The position numbers were made by a program, and so were the translations under genes. 64,000 nucleotides of DNA. Origin: the human T2T-CHM13v2.0 reference genome, Homo sapiens. How positions within the stretch are numbered: the stretch's first letter is position 1; the number at the start of each line of letters is the position of its first letter. Below, piece by piece: positions 27,413-38,852 of this stretch. Location of the stretch: assembly GCF_009914755.1 (NCBI RefSeq), contig NC_060930.1; one strand, 5' to 3'. Below the pieces are notes generated by a model. The model was given only the letters and a program-made list of their open reading frames with translations, was not told the origin of the DNA and did not search any database.

Positions 27413-27509
27413 TGTGATGTGTATTAGGTTTGTGCAAAAGTAATTGGGGTTTTTTGCCGTTAAAAGTAATGGCAAAACTGGCAATTACTTTTGCACCAAA
27501 CTAATATAA
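27413..27509 (+). ncRNA. MIR548A2: pre-miR-548a-2 hairpin; mature miR-548a-3p at 27473-27494
   Basis: 97-nt palindromic stem-loop containing CAAAACTGGCAATTACTTTTGC. Matches my recall of mir-548a-2, which lies downstream of MYB. Confidence 0.88.
27424..27504. mobile_element. Made1 (Hsmar1-derived MITE)
   Basis: Long terminal inverted repeats TTAGGTTTGTGCAAAAGTAATTG / CAATTACTTTTGCACCAAACTAA, flanked by TA duplications. Confidence 0.93.
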
Positions 27510-27989
27510 TGAAAGTGCTCTAAGAGAAAGGAAATGGGAGGTAGGGGGCTCGGGGGAAGTACAGGGAACAGGACAGGGAATGGGGAAGAAGCCAAGCAAG
27601 GGTATGATTTCAGGAAAATTCCAGACTTAGCTTTATCCTGCAAGGTCACTGTAGTGTATAAATGATGCTCTGAGTTATCCAGACACCAGACAAGTTTCCT
27701 GGGCTTTAAACTCCCAAAGCAGTCAGGCATTGGCCAAAGGCCACCCCAGGGAGCATGAATTTCAAGTGCTTCTGACTCTTTGCACTTGCCTGCAGGCAAC
27801 GCATAAAGGCAAAGCATCTTCAGTAGCCTAGGCTAGACCTCAGAAAAGAGTCACAGATGTGAGCTCTTAGACAAAAAGCACATAGAGCCAAGAGCACAGG
27901 CATGCAGAAATGGGTACGCCAGTGGAGTGGCACAAAGAACCAAGAGTGTCTGTTACACGAGGCTTTTTCAAGTGCCTTGGAATTCCATG

Positions 27990-28990
27990 TATCCTCTGTT
28001 GATTCAAGGTCTCTCTTCTTGAACAGCGATGTGGCCAAGAATGTGGGGTGACATAAATGATGGCTGCTACCATTGGCTCTCATGGCTAAAACTAGGAGAA
28101 GAAGTTCCTCCAAAGGAATGTGATAGACAGGTAAAATATAATTGTCTACTAAAAATACTTCTAAAAGATTAAGAACATGAAAGCACTTTCAAACTGGAAT
28201 TCTGCAGATAACATTGAAGTTTCAAGGAGTCTTGGTCTTGAGATCTAACATTGGAATACAGTATTATAATGGATGCAACATTCAGTTCTTTATGACACTT
28301 GTTCTTTTAAATATTTACTCATGGAGATGTCATTTGTAAAAAGAGTTTCTAATAGAAATAAAAAGCACTGGAGAATTTCAAAAACCATTCATAAATAAAA
28401 TGTGTTTGGACTCATAGCAGCGTTTGAGTAAAGACAGATCTATGGGGAACTTATCTGGCTGTTCTCTGCTATCTTGATCTCGACTGAAGAAAATGGAATA
28501 TACCTGAAATTTTTTGTTGAAAATATTTTAGTCTTAGAAAACAGTGTTTCACGTTAAGAGAGCATCATGTCTTCTTTATTTTTTTAAAAAAGCAATTTTG
28601 AAGTTGGAAAATTATTAAAGGTATATATTATGATTTACAGCTGATTCCAAGAGTACACATTTTGAAACAAAATATTACAGAATATTATAAAGCAAATGTT
28701 TCTTCAACCTATTAAAAAATACAGAATGAGGCAGCTGCAAGGAAAGAGGCATTCTCAATTTGCTGGAGATTTTTACAGAATTCATTAAACACTGAGATCA
28801 CATTGAAGACTGGAGAAAGCTCAGAGATGCTTGGATTTCATTCATGAGGACAGTTTACAATGGATCAGAAAAGCTTATTTCCAGTTTACAAAAATGATAG
28901 CCAGGCACAGGACAATACTGCTAAGATGAAGGGAAAGTCAATGGAGTTGTAGAAAAGTTCCAGGAGGAAGAACCAAGGGTTTGCTTATGC
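27990..28990 (+). mobile_element. Possible ancient LINE (RTE/L4- or CR1-like) reverse-transcriptase remnant
   Basis: 28401-28450 resembles a decayed DxxxAFDxxxRxxLW RT motif (TTGGACTCATAGCAGCGTTTGAGTAAAGACAGATCTATGG). No open frame. Confidence 0.3.
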
Positions 28991-29769
28991 ACCAATGGCC
29001 ACGTAGCACCTGTTTTCTGGTCTATTCTTGCTCCTTGGTTTTAAATGTCTTAATAGTCTTCGTACCTTTCAAGGCTTGACTCACTCCCCTTGGACCTGAT
29101 TCTTGACATTTCTCTCTGATATGGATCTACAGTCCTCTTATTGGCTATGATGTATATTGGCCTCTCCTTTCATATCTGCCTCAGGCTGTTCTGAGCGAAA
29201 ATTCGTGTAGTCCAGCTTGGCTCACAATATCCATTGCTAAAATATTCCAGTCATCGTTTGTTACTTTATCCCAGGTAGCACAAGAAATAATTTCTCAGGT
29301 TTAAAGCAATACCACCAAATCCCAACATGATGCTTTAAAGTTGATGATATGATTTCAAATTTCATTTAAAAGAAGGAATATGTTAAATATCAAAGAATAT
29401 TCTAGAAAAGAAAAAGATGAAGAAAGCCAGCACTGCCCTATAAGGGAGCATATTCCAAAGCGACACTAAATGCGTATGTAGCACTGGGTTGAGATAGCTC
29501 TGTGTTTATAAGAATTTAGTATATCATAAGGGAGGCTGCATAAAATGACCAGGAAAGAAAGGAACAGTGGTTAGTGGTTAGTAATTGGAATAAAAAATCC
29601 ATTTATACTTGTATCATATCCTACATGATATAGTAAAAAAAAAACTAAATATTATTTTAATTTATAGAAAAAGTTGAATATTTATCAAATAGTTAATCAC
29701 TGGATTACTTTATTAACTTTGGAAGATGAAGTCACAATGCCAAAAGTCAATAAATTTAGCTAAAGAAAT

Positions 29770-30489
<720 letters not shown>

Positions 30490-30569
30490 TCAAAAAAAAA
30501 AATCTTCCTTAACCAAAGTAGAAAGTCATACAAGAGGCTGTGAAAACTGAATATAGCAAAAATGTTAAA

Positions 30570-30704
30570 TACAGCAATTCTTTACTATTTAAAACCGTTA
30601 TACAAGCTGGTAAGAAAAACACAGAGATCCTAGTAGTACAGCAATTCTTTACTATTTAAAACAGTTATACCAAGCTGGTAAGAAAAACACAGAGATCCTA
30701 GTAG
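30570..30704. repeat. 67/68-bp tandem duplication
   Basis: 30570-30636 and 30637-30704 differ by one substitution and one indel. Confidence 0.95.
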
Positions 30705-31140
30705 ATCAATGAATATTTCAACAAAAGAAGCATAATTAGTAAATAAAAGACTTAAATTATGAACCTCACTAAAAATAAAACATATGTGTTGAAGTGTGAG
30801 GATTTTTTGGCAATTCAAACTGTTAAAAGAGGGTGTGGAATTTGTTACTCTCATCTTCTGTTGCTGGCAGTGTGAATTGCTACAAATATTTTGGAAAACA
30901 ATTTAACAATATTATATAAAGAACAGTAAAAATGTTTATTTGCCTTGAGACAATAATTCCACTTCTGGAAACTTGGTATAAAAATGCCAAAATAAATAAG
31001 AAGAGGTAGGATTTAGCACAGGAAGAAAGGAAGAAGACAGGATTTGAAGTTAAGAAGTTGGAAGAAAGGAAGAAAACAAGCTATATATTCAACAATAAGA
31101 CATTAATTAAATTATGGTACAATGAAGCCATTTGAAATAA

Positions 31141-31440
31141 GACCAGGTGCAGTGGCTTACATCTGTAATCTCAGCACTTTGGGAGGCTGATACAGGAGGA
31201 TTGTTTGAGCCCAGGAGTTCGAGACCAGCCTGGCCAACATAGCAAGACCTCATCTCTACAAAAAAAATTTTAAAAATTAGCCATGCTCAGTGGTGTACAA
31301 TTGTAGTCCCAACTACTCATGAGGCTGGGGCAGGAGGACGGCTTGAGCTAGGGAGGATGAGGCTACAGTGAGCAGTGATCATGCCACTACATTCCTACTC
31401 CTGCCTGGGTGGTAGAGCAAGAACCTATCTATGTTTTAAA
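31141..31440 (+). mobile_element. Alu (J-like), followed by (ATCT)n
   Basis: Full dimer. Confidence 0.9.
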
Positions 31441-31866
31441 AATTATATCTATCTATCTATCTACCTATCTAGTAGCCTACAAAAAGGTGATAAAATGGCC
31501 ACTGTGAAATGTTCAGTAAAGGAACACAGGGTCTATCATTATGCACATATGAAATAAGCTACCATGTAAACAAATGAGAATGCCTAAGAACTAATATTAG
31601 ATGGAAATTTTCAAAAGGGAAAATAGTTGGGATTTAGTGAGTCCATCTTCCAAATTTTCTTTACTGTTACTTTATATCCCTAACAATAGTAACAAATCAT
31701 AGACAATGATGAGAAGGAAACTAATGCAAACCCCAACACCTCCAGGCCAGCAGACAGGACCCACTCTTCAGTGTTCACAAGGAGACGAGCAGCTTTTCAT
31801 TGACCCTGCACATTGCTAGAATATGGATGACAAAGAAAACATAGGAAAATTAAAAGAAATAGACCT

Positions 31867-32245
<379 letters not shown>

Positions 32246-33326
32246 TCAGGTAAACGATTATTCATATTTCCGTGCAAGCTTTTAGCAAGCACCTGATAAA
32301 ATCTTCTGACTAGGGATTGAGGATTGAGTCACTTATTGGCACTTTGTTGCATTAATCACCACCATCAAATAATAAACTATCAGTCACTCAGTTGTACAGG
32401 CTGCTATGCGGGCCTTTATCTGATAACAATGCACTTCACCGTAGTTACAAAGGTACTTTTTCGAAGAAAATAGGATAATTTGGCCTTTGAACAGGATTTC
32501 TCCCTCTTCCTATCTACCTTACCCTTGTTTGATTGCTTTGGTGCCTGAATTTGGTCAGAAGGAGGGGAGCAAACGGACTCACTCCCTGCTCTAGGTTTTT
32601 GCTGTTGGCATCAGGGAACAGGCTTTCCTTTGTAATGATTAATACCAACATGGTGGAATTTTCCTATTGTTCAGTTGTCATTTCTAAGCTCTGTGTTGCT
32701 GTCAGCCTGGCAGCCAAGAAAAACCCCTCTAACAACCCTAGAAACCACTGCCCTGGCTTGGAATCAATGGGCAGCAGTGTTTCTGAGCTGACAGTTTCAG
32801 GTGGAAGAGACAGCAGATTTTCAGCTGTACCTGCTTTGGCCTCCTCAACTGTGAAACGCTCCAAGTGCCTATTTCCTTTCAATACCTAAGCCCAAGACTA
32901 CAAGTAAAAAAGGATCTCCATTTCCTGCCCCTACTTCTCAGGTTGCAAAACTGTCTTTTGACAGATTATTAGAATCTTTAAAGTTGAGAGGTGAGTTTGG
33001 GTTAATTTTTTTCACTTTTTCTTTTCCAGTGCTGACACTGATGGTTTTAGAACATCTGAAAATCAGGGTACAATTTAGTTTCTAGGATGGCATTCAACTG
33101 CGCGTCTTTCAGAATTCCACTGGCCCTGCGGTGGAGATGCTGGGAAGGGACACTTGGAGGAAGCTGTGGTTGTTAATTAGCAAAGTGTTACTGCACTCTG
33201 CGTTTTATATAAGGAATACGGGCCTTTAAAATACTTCTAGTACAGTTCTGGCTTCAGACTGACAGCTTGTTTACTGTTCTATATTGTATAGCTAATATAA
33301 TTTGGGTCTTGGTAAATAATTGACTC

Positions 33327-33623
33327 CAGCTGGGCGCAGCAGCTGATGCCTGTAATCCCAGCACTTTGGGAGGCTGAGGCAGGAGGATTGCTTGAGTATA
33401 GGAGTTTGAGACCAGCCTAGGCAGCACAGGGAGACCCCATCTCTACAAAAAAAATAAAGAAATCAGCTGGATACAATGGTTCACACCTGTGATCCCAGCT
33501 ACTTGGGAGACTGAGGTAGGAGGATCACTTGAGCCCAGGTTGGCCCAGGTGAGCTGTGATTGGGCCACTGCATTCCAGCCTGGGTGACAGAGCAAGACAT
33601 TGTTTAAGAAAAAAGAAAAAAAG
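33327..33623 (+). mobile_element. Alu (J-like)
   Basis: TSD AATTGACTCC. Confidence 0.9.
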
Positions 33624-34387
33624 AATTGACTCCCTTGTAGACACTGATGTGAGCAATAAACTGGAACAAGACAAGAATCCTGACACTCTGAATATTGTGC
33701 TGAGGCCACAGATCATTTAAAACTTACGTATAATACAATGACAGGATTCAGGACATGCTCTCCTAGATACGGTACCTTGCTTGGCACTTGAGAAAACAGC
33801 AGAAGCAGGAAAGCCTCCCTCACCTTCCCCACACTCTTCTTTCTGTAGCAGGTCATAACACTCTCATTCCAGGGATGCTGTTCTATCCCATAGGGAAAGA
33901 ATGTCCTTGTCTCTGAAGACACAAGGATATGGAGAAGAATCTGAACAAACAGCCCTTGCTAAGTTCCCCCCAGTTTATCACCATTTGATCATACCCCTTT
34001 TGTCCAATCTCTCTTCTCCACAAGGATCCACTTCTTCATCAAACTTAACATGAAAATACACAGGTTTCCTTGTCTCCTTGGGTCTTTATTTCTGAAGCCT
34101 CCTGTGTCATATAAAACTTACATTAAATAAATTCATATGCTTTTCTCTTGTTAATCTGTCTTCTGTGTAGGGCCTCAGCCTTGAATCTTGATGTGATGAA
34201 AAGATATTACTTTTCTCCTCTACAGTTTCTGGTGCCCAGCGTGGGGCAATGGAGACATCACACTCCCTCTGAAGCCTGCAGAAAAGATCCTGAGACAACC
34301 GACAAAAAGCCAACAGAAGGTAGGAATTCTCACCTAGGTCAGCTCTCTGCATCTCTGTCTATAATGCCCAGTCAAGACAGGAGGTAA

Positions 34388-34676
34388 GGCCGGGTGCGGT
34401 GGCTCACCCGTGTAATCCTAGCACTTTGGGAGGCCAAGGCAAGTGGATCACCTGAGGTCAGGAGTTCAAGACCAGCCTAGCCAACATGGTGAAACCCCGT
34501 CTCTACTAGAAATACAAAATTAGCTGGGCATGGTGGCTCACACCTGTAATCCCAGCTATCTAGGAGGCTGAGGCATGAGAATCGCCTGAACCTGGGAGGT
34601 GGAGGTTGCAGTGAGCCACTGCCCTCCAGCCTGGGCGACAGAGCAAGACTCTGTCTCCCAGAAAAAAAAAAAAAAG
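34388..34676 (+). mobile_element. Alu (S-like) inside the ERV remnant
   Basis: TSD-like AAGACAGGAGGTAA / AAGACGGGGTAA. Confidence 0.92.
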
Positions 34677-34806
34677 ACGGGGTAAAAATTTCTCCTAGAA
34701 CCTCCTTTCTCAATTCAGGCCAGCAGGAGAAAACATTTGTTTGGGTTGTGGTATTAAATAAATCTGTCTGCTCTTTTTCTTGTTAATCTGTCTTTTGTTA
34801 TAGGTA

Positions 34807-35354
34807 TGTTAGGGTAAAGGGGTCTGGATCCAGATGCCAAGAGAGGGTTGTTGGATCTTGCGCAAGAAAGAATTCAGGGCAAGTCCATAAAGTGAAAGCA
34901 AGTTTATTAAGAAAGTGGAGGAATAGAAGAATGGCTACTCCGTAGATAAAGCAGACCAGAGGGCCGCTGGTTGCCCATTTTTATGGTTATTTCTTGATAA
35001 TATGCTAAACAAGGGGTGGATTATTCATGCCTCCCTTTTTTAGACCATATAGGGTAACTTCCTGACGTTGCCATGGCATTTGTAAACTGTCATGGCGCTG
35101 GTGGGAGTGTAGCAGTCAGGATGACCAGAGGTCACTCTCGTTGCCATCTTGGTTTTGGTGGGTCTTGGCTGGCTTCTTTACTGCAACCTATTTTATCAGC
35201 AAGGTTTTTATGACCTGTATCTTGTGCTGATCTCGTATCTCATCCTGTGACTTAGAATGCCTAATCATCTGGGAATGCAGCCCAGTAGGCCTCAGCCTCA
35301 TTTTACCCAGCTCTTGTTCAAGACAGAGTTGCTCTAGTTCAAATGCCTCTGATA
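34807..35354 (-). mobile_element. MER41 solo LTR (MER41A-like, lacking the GAS segment)
   Basis: MER41 body with TSD GGTA on both sides. Confidence 0.88.
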
Positions 35355-35523
35355 GGTACCTCAGCCATGGACCTAGTGATGGGTGAGAAAAAGATTGGGT
35401 TTTCTCCCTTACAACCCAATCAGGCAAAAAGATGCAAAATTTTGTTTTTTATGTAGATTATCAGACACAATTCTTTATCTGCCTCACCGAGGCAATATTT
35501 TTTAGAAAATATTGCCTGCATTA

Positions 35524-36593
35524 CAGTAGTCCCCTGTTATCCACAGTTTCACTTTTTGAGGTTCAGTATTCACAATAAGATGTTTTGAGAGAGAGACCAC
35601 ATTCACATAACTTTTATTACAGTCTATTGTTATAATTGTTCTATTTTATTATTAGTTATTGTTGTTAATCTCTTAATATGCCTAATTTATACGTTAGACT
35701 TTCTCATGGGTATGTATGTATAAAAAGAAACAGAGTATATACAGGGTTTATGCTATCCAGGGTTTCAGCCACACACTGTGGGGCTTGGGACATAATCCGC
35801 CAAGGATAAGGGTGTGAGGGACAGGACTAGCTGGCCGACTAAGAATCCCTAAGCCTAGCTGAGAAGGTGACCGCATCCACCTTTAAAAACGGGGCTTGCA
35901 ACTTAGCTCACACCCGACCAATCAGGTAGTAAAGAGAGCTCACTAAAATGCTAATTAGGCTAAAACAGGAGGTAAAGAAATAGCCAATCATCTATTGCCT
36001 CAGAGCACAGGGGGAGGGACAATGATCGGGATATAAACCCAGGCATTTGAGCCAGCAACGGCAATCCCCTTTGGGTCCCCTCCCGTTTTATGGGAGCTCG
36101 GTTTTCACTCTATTAAATCTTGCAACTCTATTAAATCTTGCAACTGCACACTCTTCTGGTTCGTGTTTGTTACAGCTCGAGCTGAGCTTTTCCTTGCCGT
36201 CCACCACTGCTGTTTGCTGCTGTCGCAGACCCACCACTGACTTCCACCCCTCTGGATCCAGCAGGGTTTCCCCTGCGTTCCTGATCCAGGGAGGCGCCCA
36301 TTGCGGCTCCCGCTTGGGCTAATGGCTCGCCATTGTTCCTGCATGGCTAAGTGCCTGGGTTCGTCCTAATTGAGCTGAACACTAGTCGCTGGGTTCCACA
36401 GTTCTCTTCCGTGACCCACGTCTTCTAATAGAGCTATAACACTCACCGCATGGCCCAAGATTCCATTCCTTGGAATCCCTGAGGCCAAGAGCCCCAGATC
36501 AGAGAACAAGAGGCTTCCACCATCTTGGAAGTGGCCCGCCACTATCTTGGGAACTCTGGGAGCGAGGACCCCCCAGTAACAGGTGGACTACTG
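35524..36593. mobile_element. MER44-type Tigger fossil split by LTR17
   Basis: TA-CAGTAGTCCCC...GGACTACTG-TA terminal inverted repeats. Confidence 0.82.
35815..36581 (+). mobile_element. LTR17 (HERV-W) solo LTR
   Basis: TGAGGGACAGGACTAGCTGG...CCCCAGTAACA with TSD GGTG, CCAAT boxes, GATATAAA and ATTAAA. Confidence 0.92.
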
Positions 36594-37100
36594 TATTTAA
36601 ATTTTCCCCTCTTCTCCCATAATGTAAACATCTCACAACATGCAGGTGCTTCCAAGAAATGAGAACAATTTCCAAATGGAATCATGACACTAAAGAAAAT
36701 TCAGAAATTCAGAAATCTTTAGGTTCATATGGATACAATTTGTATTTTAGACAAAAGAAGTTTGGTTTCCCAGGAGCAACCACAGGATGTGCCCATGATG
36801 TCTTGGCAGCCTTTCCTGGTGGCTTCTTCAGTGAGGGCTGATGAGTATCTGCTTTTACTGGGGAACTTGACAGCTGACTTGGGCCTTCCAGGATCCAAAC
36901 TCCTTATGTGAGGTTACTCAGGCCATCATTCCACAGGAGAGTATCAGAGAAGAGGCCATAAAGGGCAGGAGACCTCAGGATCTGCTCCACTGTGGGGCCT
37001 GCTCTGTAGCAGACCCATATACTTTCTTGTTCATGTTCCTTTCTCAATGTAGATGGGCCTCAGTGTCCTCTTGGGTAAAATGGAGATAATAATTCCACCT

Positions 37101-37498
<398 letters not shown>

Positions 37499-38315
37499 CT
37501 AAACAATAGCTAGAAATAATGAAAAAATGTAAATATTATAATCAGGATGTGAGGAAAGAGTTTAGTTAGAAAGTCTGTTCTATGTTTCCTACAGGAGATA
37601 GACAATCTTTTACAAATCTTGAGTAGAGTTGCGGTCGGTTGCAATACATAAATTTATTCTTACTTTGTACACCTAAACCTAGGGGCTCTTGAATTAAGAT
37701 GAAAGGTTATGCAAAACTGTATTTTATTACCAGGGCCCAGATCCCTTTTTCTTTTTTTAAAGTAGAACTGCAGGATCCAGAAAAAGCTTAAAAAGACAAA
37801 GCACCCTATTCACTTCCTCCCACAGACCTTCCCATTTCCTCTGATTCCATCCCACAATAATTGAACAGCTTTTGTGCAAAGAAAGGAACAAGTGGGTCTC
37901 CTTCCTTCTTATCTCCATCGTGCCTGGGCTCAGCTCTGAAAGAAGAAAGTTCTTTTCCAGTAGGTTTGATCTCTTTCCTCTCCTTTCCTTCTGCTAACCA
38001 AGGCTTAGTCTCACTCATACCTTCCCTGACGTTTTTACAGATTTTATAGTGTTCGGATTTAAAATATCTCATTCTTCAGGAATCATCTTGCTCTCAAGGC
38101 TGAGTTAGAGTTAAAGTAAATGGATTTTGTATTCACGGTTCTGTGTTTTTAACCTCTTTTGGCTACTTTATTTTCTTCAGAGAAGTATTGTTTGGTTCAC
38201 TGTCTTGATATTTTACTTTTCATTCAAACTCTCTTGTCAATGGGTTAAACCGCAAAGTGCAATTTACAAAATGTTGAGAAATGAAGTATTATTCACTAAT
38301 AATACAGAGGATAAC

Positions 38316-38456
38316 TGTCACGCACGTCTGTTTGAAGAGACCACCAAATAGGCTTTGTGTGAGCAACAAGGCTATTTATTTCACCTGGGTGCAGGCGGGA
38401 TGAGTCCGAAAAGAGAGTCAGCGAAGGGAGATAGGCTTGGGCTCAGAGGCCTGACA
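38316..38456 (-). mobile_element. Internally deleted LTR7 (HERV-H) solo LTR, 141 bp
   Basis: Both termini present (TGTCA.../...GGCTCAGAGGCCTGACA) with a perfect 5-bp TSD ATAAC. Confidence 0.9.
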
Positions 38457-38817
38457 ATAACTAAGGTAAGTTTCTTATTTTGTTGAGCTGGTTCTAGAAG
38501 GTAAACAAAAGTTAGTTTAAGTACAGTGTTTCGTTCACATTTATGCAGGGCTCACTCTAGGTGGAGTTCTATTTTGGTGACTGTGGGAAATCACCAAAAA
38601 TGTGGGAAAAAATGACCCACACACGAGTGACTCATGTAAATTAAATGGGGTGGGGACTTTCAAGAGAGTTTTTTTGCCCAGGTTCCCTATTTCTAAGTAT
38701 GTCTATAGTTATGTCAATAAATAAGTAATGTCACCCGTGTTCCCCTGTCTGTGGATGAGGGATGCTAAAGTGCGTGATTGCATAACCGCTTAAGATTGTT
38801 CTGGAGTGAATGAAGAA

Positions 38818-38852
38818 GTGTGTGTGTGTGCGCGCGCGTGTGTGTGTGTGTG
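38818..38852. repeat. (TG)n(CG)4(TG)n alternating purine-pyrimidine tract
   Basis: Direct reading. Confidence 0.92.

Larger units (their letters stand above)
33739..35412 (+). mobile_element. MER39/MER34-like ERV1 remnant: LTR (33739-34224), PBS, short internal part and a second LTR end
   Basis: TG...CA LTR followed by TGGTGCCCAGCGTGGGGC (34230-34247; 16/18 to the tRNA-Lys1,2 PBS). The LTR 3' end recurs at ~34750-34806 and 35355-35412. Confidence 0.7.
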
